A stretch of 64,000 nt of DNA from positions 18,773 through 82,772 of the forward strand of contig JBAYHR010000002.1 of the NCBI GenBank assembly GCA_041666045.1, in the 5' to 3' direction. Positions 1-8,876 of the stretch are shown here, piece after piece. Under the pieces are notes generated by a model. That model had not been told where the DNA came from. It did not search any database and saw nothing but the letters and a program-made list of their open reading frames with translations. This DNA is from Minisyncoccota bacterium (GTDB lineage Bacteria; Patescibacteriota; Minisyncoccia; Phycocordibacterales; UBA9973). Made by a program: the position numbers and the translations under genes. Position 1 is the first letter of the stretch, and each line of letters starts with the position of its first letter.

Positions 1-1
1 T

Positions 2-127
2 TCAAAAACAACAGATGCAATAATGGATGGTGAACTTAAAGGTATTAAAGTTGAGTTAAAAGATTTTGCAGAAAAGTTTTGTAAACAGGATGATTTACCA
101 GAAGAAACTAATAAAGATAAGGAATAA
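2..127 (+). CDS. 3' end of a hypothetical protein, truncated by the window start
   Basis: Open frame 2 (SKTTDAIMDGELKG...KDKE) ending at TAA 125-127, 3 nt before the next ATG. Confidence 0.55.
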   Translation, partial: SKTTDAIMDGELKGIKVELKDFAEKFCKQDDLPEETNKDKE

Positions 128-130
128 TTT

Positions 131-607
131 ATGCTTCAATTTACAGATGAACAATTTAATAAACTGAAAGAAAAAAATGAAGAATTGTATAAAACAATTG
201 GTGAAGCATACTGTCCTTATTTTAAAGAAAAAATAGTTTTTAATGCAAAAGGGCTAGAACATTTAAAGTTTAAAAATAAAAATCATGCCCGTTCACGAGA
301 TGATCAATATATACGATTAAAATTATTACACCTTGCGCCTAAAATATTAAGTTTATCAAATACATTACAGAATTTTTCAGAAAGAAGGATTTTTGAACTC
401 AATAGAAGTAATCACAGAAATGAAAAAATATTAGTTGATGTGATTTACTATGAATTTGTGGCTGTATTAGAAGAGGTTAGAGTGCGAATAATTATAAAAA
501 AAGTTGGTACTGCGCCCAAACATTTTTGGAGCATTATTCCATATTGGAAAATTGATAAAATTACGGGAAAAAGAAAAATGCATAATGGTAACCCGGAAGA
601 AGATTAG
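131..607 (+). CDS. Hypothetical protein, possibly a BECR/RelE-like RNase (toxin-like)
   Basis: 158 aa basic protein with FNAKGLEHL and C-terminal FWSIIPYW; fold assignment is recollection, not a search result. Confidence 0.5.
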   Translation: MLQFTDEQFNKLKEKNEELYKTIGEAYCPYFKEKIVFNAKGLEHLKFKNKNHARSRDDQYIRLKLLHLAPKILSLSNTLQNFSERRIFELNRSNHRNEKILVDVIYYEFVAVLEEVRVRIIIKKVGTAPKHFWSIIPYWKIDKITGKRKMHNGNPEED

Positions 608-612
608 AAACT

Positions 613-705
613 AAAAAATCCACCTTTTTGGGTAGATCCTTTAGTGGCGCTTGGCTACGGTTTGGATAAACATTGACCGTGAGAGGGCAAGCCCATCCAA
701 GCGCT
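613..705 (-). ncRNA. Candidate structured small RNA (three-way junction plus intrinsic terminator)
   Basis: Minus-strand promoter TTGATT(740-735)-17 nt-TATACT(717-712) with extended TG; stems 647-654/697-704, 685-687/692-694, 657-661/676-680; terminator stem 618-637 followed by a U-tract. Confidence 0.6.
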
Positions 706-758
706 GGAGTTAGTATATCAAAATGTTAGACAAAAATCAATAGTTTTCCACAGGTGTT

Positions 759-1352
759 TTATTTTACTAAAGTTTTTGATTTTGTGACTATTTCGTCAAT
801 AATTCCGTATTTTTTAGCTTCGTCAGCATCCATAAAAAAATCACGTTCTACGTCTTTTTCTATTTGAGTTAAGTTCTTTCCTGTATTTTTTGCAAGTAAT
901 TTGTTTAGATTATCGCGTGTTTTAAGGATATGTTTTGCTGTTATTGCTATATCTGTAGCTTGTCCTTCTACTCCACCAAGGGGTTGATGAATCATTACTT
1001 CTGCATTTGGTAATATAAATCTCTTTCCTTTTTTACCAGCTGAAAGAACAATCGCTGCACCAGAAGCTGCTATTCCTACGCAGAAAGTAGAAATGTCTGG
1101 GCGGATGTGATTCATTGTGTCTACTATTGCAAGAGTTGAAGTCACAGATCCGCCAGGGGAGTTGATATAAAGATAAATATCTTTTTTAGCGTCTTCTGAT
1201 TCAAGGAATAAAAGTTGAGCGATGACGATATTTGCCACATTGTCATCAATAGGTCCTGCTAAAAAAACTATTCTTTCACGTAAAAGTCGTGAATAAATAT
1301 CGTAAGCTCTTTCTCCAAATTGTGATTTTTCTATAACTGTTGGTATAAGCAT
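759..1352 (-). CDS. clpP: ATP-dependent Clp protease proteolytic subunit
   Basis: [23 protein letters not shown] (catalytic Ser), MIHQP. Confidence 0.98.
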   Translation of the reverse strand: MLIPTVIEKSQFGERAYDIYSRLLRERIVFLAGPIDDNVANIVIAQLLFLESEDAKKDIYLYINSPGGSVTSTLAIVDTMNHIRPDISTFCVGIAASGAAIVLSAGKKGKRFILPNAEVMIHQPLGGVEGQATDIAITAKHILKTRDNLNKLLAKNTGKNLTQIEKDVERDFFMDADEAKKYGIIDEIVTKSKTLVK

Positions 1353-1354
1353 GT

Positions 1355-1472
1355 TGATTAGTAACTAGTTGCTAGTTTTTAGTGACTAGTGAATTAAAAC
1401 TAATAATAAATTCATAATATCATTTTTTAAGAGTTTTTTCTAGCACCTAGAAACTAGTATCTAGAACCTAAC
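1355..1472. repeat. Two opposed degenerate heptamer arrays, (N4TAG)x5 and (CTAN4)x~5
   Basis: 1355-1389 tgattag taactag ttgctag tttttag tgactag; 1440-1472 ctagcac ctagaaa ctagtat ctagaac ctaac. Confidence 0.75.
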
Positions 1473-2549
1473 TTACTGTGTCTCTAGTAATTGGAAGATT
1501 TTTTCATTTGTCAGTACATTTTCAGCGTGCAAACGAGCGCGTTCTGGATCAGCTTCTTTGTAATGATTCAAAATAAGCTCAACTTCTTTTGCGACTTGTT
1601 CTTGGTCAGCAACTATTTTTTCAATTTCAGATATTTTATGCAAAACCAAAGCAAGTTTAGCTTTCTTTTCCGCGTCGTTTTTAAATTCTTTTCTGATATC
1701 TTCAACTGTTTTGTTTAAATGTTTTAGGTAATCTTCAAATTTAAGACCCATTTGAGCAATATCAGATTCCATTCTGTAAAGGATTTTATCTAATTCTACT
1801 TCTATTAAAATATCAGGCAAATCCATTTTTGAATCATCAATTATTTTTTCTACGATTTTTAGTCTGGTTTTTTCTTTTGCTTGATTTTCTTTTTCTAATT
1901 TTATATTTTCACGTAATTTTACTTTAAAATCTTCAACATTTTTGAATGGTCCGAGTGCTTGCACATATTCATCATTGAATTCTGGTAGTTCAACTTCTTT
2001 TACTTCTTCTTTATTTTCATGCTTACAATCTTCTCCTTCACAAGTATGTTCTGCCATGTGCTTTTTAGGAGCGCGAGATTTTCTAATATCTTGTATTGTT
2101 TTTTCTAAATCTTCATCTGTTACTGTAATATTTTTTTCAGTATCAGTAATTTTAGAAGTTATTTTTTTGGAAATTTCTTTATAATCAGGAAGTTGTATCT
2201 CTGGCATTACTGCAGTTTTAATTTTAAATTCTAAAGGATTATTGCGTGCTAATTTTGTAATAGTAATTTCAGGTCTTGAGATAGCATCAATTTTTTCACT
2301 TTCAAGAATTTTTGGATAATGTTCACTTATTGCCATTTCTGCCATTTGTTCTAATACTTTAATTTCTGGAACATTAGAAAGAAGAATGTTTTCTGGTATT
2401 TTACCTTTTCTAAAACCAGGAATTTCCATATTTTCTCCTATTTTTTTAAGAGCTTTACTGAAATAGGTTTCAAAAGTTTCTGCTTCTAATGCACCTTCTA
2501 TTTCAACTTCGCTTTTGGGTAATTTTTTTACTTTTATATTTATACTCAT
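1473..2549 (-). CDS. tig: Trigger factor lacking the FKBP PPIase domain
   Basis: Ribosome-binding motif IPGFRKGK; 358 aa; directly upstream of clpP. Confidence 0.95.
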   Translation of the reverse strand: MSINIKVKKLPKSEVEIEGALEAETFETYFSKALKKIGENMEIPGFRKGKIPENILLSNVPEIKVLEQMAEMAISEHYPKILESEKIDAISRPEITITKLARNNPLEFKIKTAVMPEIQLPDYKEISKKITSKITDTEKNITVTDEDLEKTIQDIRKSRAPKKHMAEHTCEGEDCKHENKEEVKEVELPEFNDEYVQALGPFKNVEDFKVKLRENIKLEKENQAKEKTRLKIVEKIIDDSKMDLPDILIEVELDKILYRMESDIAQMGLKFEDYLKHLNKTVEDIRKEFKNDAEKKAKLALVLHKISEIEKIVADQEQVAKEVELILNHYKEADPERARLHAENVLTNEKIFQLLETQ

Positions 2550-2590
2550 AGTATTGCTATCTTATACCAAAAACAAATTATTTTCAAATA

Positions 2591-2622
2591 AAAAAGAACC
2601 TCACTTACGTGAGGTTCTTTTT
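2591..2622. terminator. Intrinsic terminator hairpin, symmetric A/T flanks
   Basis: aaaaagaacctcac-ttac-gtgaggttcttttt. Confidence 0.8.
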
Positions 2623-2641
2623 GTCTTTTATAGTATTATTT

Positions 2642-2878
2642 TTATTGTACAGAATTTATATCTACATCAACAGTTGAATCTACAGAATTAAGATCTTGTT
2701 CAAGAGTGTTTAATTCGTCAGTTACGCTAGCAGTGTCTATTGGGGTAGGCGTTTCTGGTGGTTTATTTGTTGTGTTTTTTGCATTTGATTGCCAAATATA
2801 CAATCCACCAATTATAAGAATTATTATTACAATAATTGATCCTATTAATGCACCGTGTGATTTTTTTTCTGGTTCCAT
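2642..2878 (-). CDS. Small single-pass membrane protein
   Basis: ATG at 2878 (MEPEKKSHGALIGSIIVIIILIIGGLYIW), acidic tail. Confidence 0.75.
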   Translation of the reverse strand: MEPEKKSHGALIGSIIVIIILIIGGLYIWQSNAKNTTNKPPETPTPIDTASVTDELNTLEQDLNSVDSTVDVDINSVQ

Positions 2879-2965
2879 ATTTGTTTTTAACCGCACTCTG
2901 CCCTAGATGTTATCTAGGGCAGAGATTAGTAATTAATTATTAATAATTTTTTAAACTAATTTTGA

Positions 2966-3667
2966 TTAATTATCTGAGTCGTTATCGTTTGAGCCATTAT
3001 TATTATCTCCATCATTATCATTTTCTACTTTATTAGCTTCCATCTTTGATTTTATAGCATCTTTTAAAGCTTTATGCGCATCCTTCAAAGCTTTGTGAGC
3101 TTCCTTAATAAGAGTTTGTGTCTCTTGCGCCAAAGTTCTTAATGTTGTTTTGTCTTCTTTTGAAAGTTGATTTGTTGATCCAGCAAGCAATGTTGTTGCT
3201 TCTGTTATTTTTGCATTGGCTTCAGTTAATTTTGTTTCAGTTATTGCAACAAAAGCTTTTGCAGACGTTGTATCTATTCCTTGTGCTTCAAGTTTGATGA
3301 TACTTGCATTAACTTTATCTTTTAAAGCGCCCATTTTGTCTATTGCATTATTAAATCTTTCTAGAGCTTTTTCTCTTCCTTCAATTCTTGCTTCTTTGAT
3401 TTTTGCTTTAACTCCGTCTTTTTCACTTTTTATGCTTTCTTTTAAAGCTTCCATTTTATTCTCTGCTTCTTCTCTAGCTGCTTCTATTTTATTTTTTAGC
3501 TCTTCTCTAATAACTTCAACTTGTTCTTTTATATCTGGACGTTCTGGAGTTTCTAGAGAATCATTTGGCTGTGTCGCTTCATTTTCATCGTCTTCCGCAA
3601 AAACAAAAGATGTTGAAAATGAAAATACTAATGCGATTGCTAAAAACAAACTTAAATATTTTTTCAT
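2966..3667 (-). CDS. Secreted helical / coiled-coil protein
   Basis: Signal peptide MKKYLSLFLAIALVFSFSTSFVFA; E/K/A-rich helices; D/N-rich tail. Confidence 0.8.
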   Translation of the reverse strand: MKKYLSLFLAIALVFSFSTSFVFAEDDENEATQPNDSLETPERPDIKEQVEVIREELKNKIEAAREEAENKMEALKESIKSEKDGVKAKIKEARIEGREKALERFNNAIDKMGALKDKVNASIIKLEAQGIDTTSAKAFVAITETKLTEANAKITEATTLLAGSTNQLSKEDKTTLRTLAQETQTLIKEAHKALKDAHKALKDAIKSKMEANKVENDNDGDNNNGSNDNDSDN

Positions 3668-3784
3668 AAATTTTTTGCTCTTATGAGCTTATGTTAATTG
3701 ATAATTAATAATTATAATAAAAACTCTGACATTTTTTTATTACAATATATATGACGTTGTCAAAATGCAAATCTTACAGACAAA

Positions 3785-5785
3785 TTATAACAAGAAAGCA
3801 ACGATAAGCAAAGCTACGATGTTTAGAATTTTAATCATAGGGTTTATTGCTGGTCCGGCTGTATCTTTATAAGGATCTCCAACAGTATCACCAGTAACAG
3901 CTGCCTTGTGAGCATCTCCACCTTTACCTCCAAAGTTTCCACTTTCAATATATTTCTTAGCATTATCCCAAGCTCCACCACCAGAAGTCATAGAGATTGC
4001 TACGAATAATCCTGTGATGATTGATCCAACTAAAAGTCCACCAAGAGCAACTGGTCCAAGCAAGAATCCTACTAAGATTGGAACAAGTACCGGGATAAGA
4101 GCGGGTACAATCATTTGTTTAATAGCGCTTGTTGTAACTATATCTACGCACTTTCCGTATTCTGGTTTTCCTTCACCTGTCATAATTCCTTTTATCTCTC
4201 TAAATTGTCTGCGAACTTCGTCAACAACTTTTCCTGCAGTTTTTCCTACAGCTTCCATACAAAGCGCTCCGAAATAATATGGTAGAAGTCCTCCTATGAA
4301 TAATCCAACGATAACTTTTGGATTACTTAAATCAAATTTCATAACTTCTCCAGTGATAGCTTTTATTTCTTCTGTATATGCTGCGAACAACACAAGTGCT
4401 GCAAGTCCTGCAGAACCGATAGCATAACCTTTTGTGACAGCTTTTGTAGTATTTCCAACTGCGTCTAATGGATCCGTAACATCTCTAACTTCTTTTGGAA
4501 GTTCTGACATTTCTGCGATTCCTCCAGCATTGTCTGTGATTGGTCCATATGCGTCGATAGCTACGATGATTCCTGTCATCGAAAGCATAGACATTGCTGC
4601 TACTGCGATACCATAGAGTCCACCAAATTTATATGTAATTAAAATTCCAGTAACTATTGTTATAAGAGGAAGAGCGGTTGCTTTCATTGAGATAGCGAGT
4701 CCTTGGATAACATTTGTTCCATGTCCTGATAAAGATGCTTTGGCGATAGATTTTACTGGTGAGAATTTTGTTGAAGTAAAATATTCTGTAATAACAACAA
4801 GAGCTCCAGTTACAAAAAGACCTGTAAGGGCACAAATAAATAAATCCATTACAGAATAATCACTGCCGTTGTTAGACATTAATAATTTTGTGATAGGGTA
4901 GAAAGCTATTGCCGCAAGAATTCCTGATGCGATAAGTCCTTTGTATAGCGCGCCCATTATATTATTTTTCTTTCCTAATTTTACAAACCAAGTTCCGATG
5001 ATTGAACAAATAATTGCAATACCTCCTATTGCAAGAGGGTATAATATTGCTCCGCTGAAATTTACGAAAAGAAGTGATCCGAGTAACATTGTCGCTACAG
5101 ATGTAACAGCATATGTTTCAAAAAGATCTGCGGCCATTCCTGCGCAATCTCCAACATTGTCTCCAACATTGTCTGCTATAACTGCAGGGTTTCTTGGGTC
5201 GTCTTCTGGAATTCCAGCTTCAACTTTTCCAACAAGATCTGCTCCTACGTCAGCTGCTTTTGTAAAAATTCCTCCACCTAATCTTGCAAATACAGAAATA
5301 AGAGATGCTCCGAAACCAAGACCGATCAATGCTTTAATATCACCTGTGATTGCGTACAGTGTTGATACTCCCAAAAGAGCAAGTCCTACTACTAGAAGTC
5401 CAGTAACAACTCCTCCATTAAAAGCAACACTAAGAGCTTGCTTCAATCCACTTTTTGCGGCTTCTGTTGTTCTAACATTTGCTCTCACTGATACATTCAT
5501 TCCGATATATCCAGCGAGTGCTGAAAGTACTGCTCCTAGAATAAATCCAATAGCTGAATTAAATCCTAAACCAAACCATAAAACAAAGAAAAGAATTATA
5601 GCTATAACTCCAATAGTTTTGTATTGTCTATTTAAATAAGCTTTTGCTCCTTCTTTGATAGCTTCTGCGATAGCTTGCATTTTTGCATCACCGGCATTCT
5701 TTTTAAGAATTGATTTAGTAAGCAACAATCCATAGATGATAGCTACAATAGAACTAATAATTGCAAACAATAAATATATATTCAT
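3785..5785 (-). CDS. hppA: Membrane proton-translocating pyrophosphatase, K+-independent type
   Basis: [26 protein letters not shown]; GNTTKA carries Lys at the K+-dependence determinant. Confidence 0.96.
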   Translation of the reverse strand: MNIYLLFAIISSIVAIIYGLLLTKSILKKNAGDAKMQAIAEAIKEGAKAYLNRQYKTIGVIAIILFFVLWFGLGFNSAIGFILGAVLSALAGYIGMNVSVRANVRTTEAAKSGLKQALSVAFNGGVVTGLLVVGLALLGVSTLYAITGDIKALIGLGFGASLISVFARLGGGIFTKAADVGADLVGKVEAGIPEDDPRNPAVIADNVGDNVGDCAGMAADLFETYAVTSVATMLLGSLLFVNFSGAILYPLAIGGIAIICSIIGTWFVKLGKKNNIMGALYKGLIASGILAAIAFYPITKLLMSNNGSDYSVMDLFICALTGLFVTGALVVITEYFTSTKFSPVKSIAKASLSGHGTNVIQGLAISMKATALPLITIVTGILITYKFGGLYGIAVAAMSMLSMTGIIVAIDAYGPITDNAGGIAEMSELPKEVRDVTDPLDAVGNTTKAVTKGYAIGSAGLAALVLFAAYTEEIKAITGEVMKFDLSNPKVIVGLFIGGLLPYYFGALCMEAVGKTAGKVVDEVRRQFREIKGIMTGEGKPEYGKCVDIVTTSAIKQMIVPALIPVLVPILVGFLLGPVALGGLLVGSIITGLFVAISMTSGGGAWDNAKKYIESGNFGGKGGDAHKAAVTGDTVGDPYKDTAGPAINPMIKILNIVALLIVAFLL

Positions 5786-5888
5786 CCCGTTTAGAAATTA
5801 AACTATTCGTACATATAATATTTATATATAAAAATAGATAATTCGTTACTTTTAATAATTTGATCCCGTTTTGTGAATTTCTAACGGG
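5786..5888 (-). repeat. CCCGTTAGAA start-codon hairpin element, copy 1 (hppA)
   Basis: Minus strand: ATGAAT-CCCGTTAGAAAT...ATTTCTAAACGGG-ATGAAT. Confidence 0.85.
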
Positions 5889-5931
5889 ATTCATATTTTT
5901 TATTTTTTATTAATAATAATTTTTAATATTT

Positions 5932-7176
5932 TTATTTTTTAACCTTTTTTGATTTAACGGAATCATGCGGCGCAACGTCCTTTGAGGCGCCGCGAACTTC
6001 TTTTTTCTTCTCTTCTTCATTTACCTCTACTACCTCTACATTATCACCATCTGTAGAAGCAACTTCTTTTCCATCTCCTTTTATATCTATTCTCCAGCCT
6101 GTAAGTTTTGCGGCAAGACGAACATTTTGTCCTCCTTTTCCTATTGCAAGAGAAAGTTGATCATCAGAAACTTCTACTATAGCTTTATGTTCTTTTTCAT
6201 CTACTTCAATTGAAATAACTTTTGCTGGGGATAATGAATTAGAAATATATTCTCTTGGATCTTCTGACCAAGGGATTATATCAATTTTTTCACCTCCTAA
6301 TTCTTGAGTGATTGTATTTACTCTTGTTCCTTTTTGTCCTACACATGAACCTACTGGATCAATATGTTCATCATTTGAATGTACCGCTATTTTTGAACGA
6401 GCGCCTGCTTCACGAGCAATAGACTTTATTTCTACAATTCCATTTTGTATTTCTGGAGCTTCTATAGAAAAAAGTTTCTCTATGAATTTAGGATGTGTGC
6501 GAGAAAGTCTTAAATTAATTCCTCTTGGTGTATCTTCCACTGAATACAAATAAGCACGCAGTCTTTGTCCTCTTTGAAAAAATTCTCCCGGGATTTGTTC
6601 TTCAGCTGGCAATACTCCTGTCGCGCGATTAAAGTCTATATAAACATTTCCTCTTTCAACTTTTTGAACTATTCCGGAAATTATTTCTCCTTCTTTTGTT
6701 CCATATTCATCTATTATAGATGTGCGTTCTGCTTCACGAATTTTTTGTATGATAACTTGTTTTGCTGTTTGAGCTGCTATTCTTCCGTAGTCATCTTTAG
6801 ACTCAAGAGGGAAGATAACTTCATCATTTAGTTCTACTCCTTTTTTAATTTTTTTTGCATCTTCAAGCATGATGTGATGTTCTGCATTAAAGCGAACCCT
6901 TTCATCACTCTCATCTTTTATAGAATATTCTTCCTCCTCCTCTCCTTCTTCTATTTTAGCAATAGTTTCATCAACTACTATTTTTACTTGGAAAAAATCT
7001 GTTTTTCCTGTTTCTAAGTCAAATTTTGCGCGAATTATTTGTCCTTTTTTACCATAATCTTTTTTATAAGCAGCAGCCATTGCTTGTTCTATGGCATCTA
7101 AAATCTTTTCTTTTGGTATTTTTCTTTCTTCTTCAAGCTGTTCTAACGCTGATTTGAACGTTTTTATATCTAACAT
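5932..7176 (-). CDS. nusA: Transcription termination/antitermination factor NusA
   Basis: GRIAAQTAKQVIIQKIREAER, S1 and KH domains, SLAIGKGGQNVRLAAKLTGW; ATG 7176 preferred to TTG 7209, which lies inside a hairpin. Confidence 0.97.
   Translation of the reverse strand: MLDIKTFKSALEQLEEERKIPKEKILDAIEQAMAAAYKKDYGKKGQIIRAKFDLETGKTDFFQVKIVVDETIAKIEEGEEEEEYSIKDESDERVRFNAEHHIMLEDAKKIKKGVELNDEVIFPLESKDDYGRIAAQTAKQVIIQKIREAERTSIIDEYGTKEGEIISGIVQKVERGNVYIDFNRATGVLPAEEQIPGEFFQRGQRLRAYLYSVEDTPRGINLRLSRTHPKFIEKLFSIEAPEIQNGIVEIKSIAREAGARSKIAVHSNDEHIDPVGSCVGQKGTRVNTITQELGGEKIDIIPWSEDPREYISNSLSPAKVISIEVDEKEHKAIVEVSDDQLSLAIGKGGQNVRLAAKLTGWRIDIKGDGKEVASTDGDNVEVVEVNEEEKKKEVRGASKDVAPHDSVKSKKVKK
5950..5994 (-). 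repeat. 45-bp double-hairpin element, in frame in the nusA 3' end
   Basis: Minus strand: CGCGGCGC-13 nt-GCGCCGCA then TGATT-6 nt-AATCA; encodes RGASKDVAPHDSVKS. Confidence 0.75.
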
Positions 7177-7221
7177 TGATTTCGCGAAATCACGTCGCGC
7201 AACCGTCAAATTAGCGCGACG
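7177..7221 (-). repeat. 45-bp double-hairpin element abutting the nusA ATG
   Basis: Minus strand: CGTCGCGC-13 nt-GCGCGACG then TGATTTCGCGAAATCA-ATG. Confidence 0.75.
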
Positions 7222-7353
7222 CCATTATTATTAAGTTTTTAAAAATAAAAGCCCTGTTGCGACAGGACCTATACACAAACAGAATAGCATATTTTGTTTT
7301 TTTACACAAGATATTTGCTTTTCTTTATATTTTTTAAATAGTATAATCTAAGT

Positions 7354-7650
7354 ATGTTAAGAAATAAAATGTTTGTTATATTTGTGCTAATTTTAATAAT
7401 TGTTTTGATTGGAGTTTATTTTTATTTAAAATCTGTTAAGCAAAATCAAGTGAAACCCATTGATACTATTTTAACAGAGGAAGAAAGAATAAATATTTTA
7501 AATGAATTAAGTTCTGGATCAAACAGTAAACCAATTTCTGAAACAGAACGACAACAGATTCTAAAAGATCTTAATTCTGGGTCTGCCAGTACATCTTTAA
7601 CTGAGGAAGAAAAGTTGTCGATATTAAATTCTTTAAATAGTAAACAATAA
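7354..7650 (+). CDS. Membrane-anchored protein with three short helical repeats
   Basis: N-terminal TM; LTEEERINILNEL / ISETERQQILKDL / LTEEEKLSILNSL. Confidence 0.8.
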   Translation: MLRNKMFVIFVLILIIVLIGVYFYLKSVKQNQVKPIDTILTEEERINILNELSSGSNSKPISETERQQILKDLNSGSASTSLTEEEKLSILNSLNSKQ

Positions 7651-7651
7651 T

Positions 7652-8461
7652 ATGAAAAAGAAAAATTTTTACATAATCTCATTTTTTGCAATCTTAATAA
7701 TTATTACAGGATTTTTGTTTTTGCAAACTAAGGCTGATGCTCAAAGTACTTCTGTCCCTGTTTCTGGCACAGCTGTAATAACTAATATGGGTTATTCTAT
7801 TAGTTTTTCAGGGAATAATGGTGGAACTCTAGGAAATATTCCTTATAATGTTCAATATGATATTTCTAATAATAGTTTTAGCGGTTATGCTTGGTCTCCC
7901 GAATATGGTTGGGTTAATTTTACTGGATTATCTGCTTCAATCCCATCTTTTTCAAATGATACAGAGACTCCAACAAATTGGGCTACTGGAGCAATAAGTT
8001 TAAAAGGTACTAATGGTGGATCTTCTGCAAATATTCCTTATAGTGTAGCTTTTAATTTAGATGGAACTGCTAATTCTGTTAATCATTGGGCTTGGGGTGG
8101 AAATGTAATTGGTTGGATTGATTTTTCTGGAGTTGTAATTACTACTAATATAATTAATGGAACTTGTTCTTATACCCATTATATTTGTGCTTCTGGAACA
8201 AATAGTAATTTTGTGGATGGTACAAGTACTTGGACTTGGGATTGTTTAGGTGCAAACGGTGGTACAAATCAAACAGGTTGCTCCCAGGATAAAAATATCT
8301 GTACTCCTCCTCAAGTGCTTAATTCAAACAATGAATGTGTAGATCCAACGTATTCTAGTTGTAATAATAATTTGGAATTAGATAATGGAGAAACAGGGAT
8401 AGACTGCGGTGGCTTAGATTGTCCTAGTTGTAAAAAACCACCAAAATATATTGAAAATTAA
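7652..8461 (+). CDS. Secreted surface protein with Trp/Gly repeats and Cys-rich C-terminus
   Basis: Signal/TM; GYAWSPEYGWVNF and HWAWGGNVIGWIDF; GETGIDCGG motif. Confidence 0.8.
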   Translation: MKKKNFYIISFFAILIIITGFLFLQTKADAQSTSVPVSGTAVITNMGYSISFSGNNGGTLGNIPYNVQYDISNNSFSGYAWSPEYGWVNFTGLSASIPSFSNDTETPTNWATGAISLKGTNGGSSANIPYSVAFNLDGTANSVNHWAWGGNVIGWIDFSGVVITTNIINGTCSYTHYICASGTNSNFVDGTSTWTWDCLGANGGTNQTGCSQDKNICTPPQVLNSNNECVDPTYSSCNNNLELDNGETGIDCGGLDCPSCKKPPKYIEN

Positions 8462-8489
8462 TTTATTTTATTATTAAATCAAAAAAATT

Positions 8490-8786
8490 ATGAAAAAAAA
8501 TGAATTATTGCAATCAGTAAAAATTATAGTAGTATGTCTTGTGTTTGGTTTAGGAGTAGCCTCCGTATTTTCTGCTGGTCAGTTTAGTTCACCAATTAAA
8601 CCTATTAATGTCGGTACTTCTCCTCAAGTTATGAATAGCAAATTATCAGTAAATTCTTTTTTAGCTACAAATAATACACTTTTTAGCGGAGGAGTTAAGC
8701 TTAATAATCTTGCTGATACTAATGCAACTGAAAATAGACCAATTTGTGCAGATAATACTGGAAAAATAGTTGTTTGTAATCCTTAA
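8490..8786 (+). CDS. Small secreted protein, paralog of the next gene's N-terminus
   Basis: MKKNELLQSVK..., PINVGT, C-terminal ICADNTGKIVVC. Confidence 0.8.
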   Translation: MKKNELLQSVKIIVVCLVFGLGVASVFSAGQFSSPIKPINVGTSPQVMNSKLSVNSFLATNNTLFSGGVKLNNLADTNATENRPICADNTGKIVVCNP

Positions 8787-8831
8787 TTATTTTAGATAAT
8801 TTAAGTTGAAGTATTTAAAAATTATTATTAA

Positions 8832-8864
8832 TTTCCGCCAAAGGCGGATCAGCCTCAGACTGAA
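8832..8864. repeat. 33-bp REP-like double hairpin in a 5' leader
   Basis: TCCGCC-AAA-GGCGGA and TCAG-CCTCAGA-CTGA; absent from the homologous leader at 8468-8484. Confidence 0.75.
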
Positions 8865-8876
8865 ATCAAAATTATT

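Noticed and set aside
4941-5639. 232-aa plus-strand ORF and the many other antisense or nested ORFs in the track (e.g. 3216-3686, 43731-44051, 50050-50469)
   Set aside because: Shadows of well-supported genes, with no motifs or initiation context.
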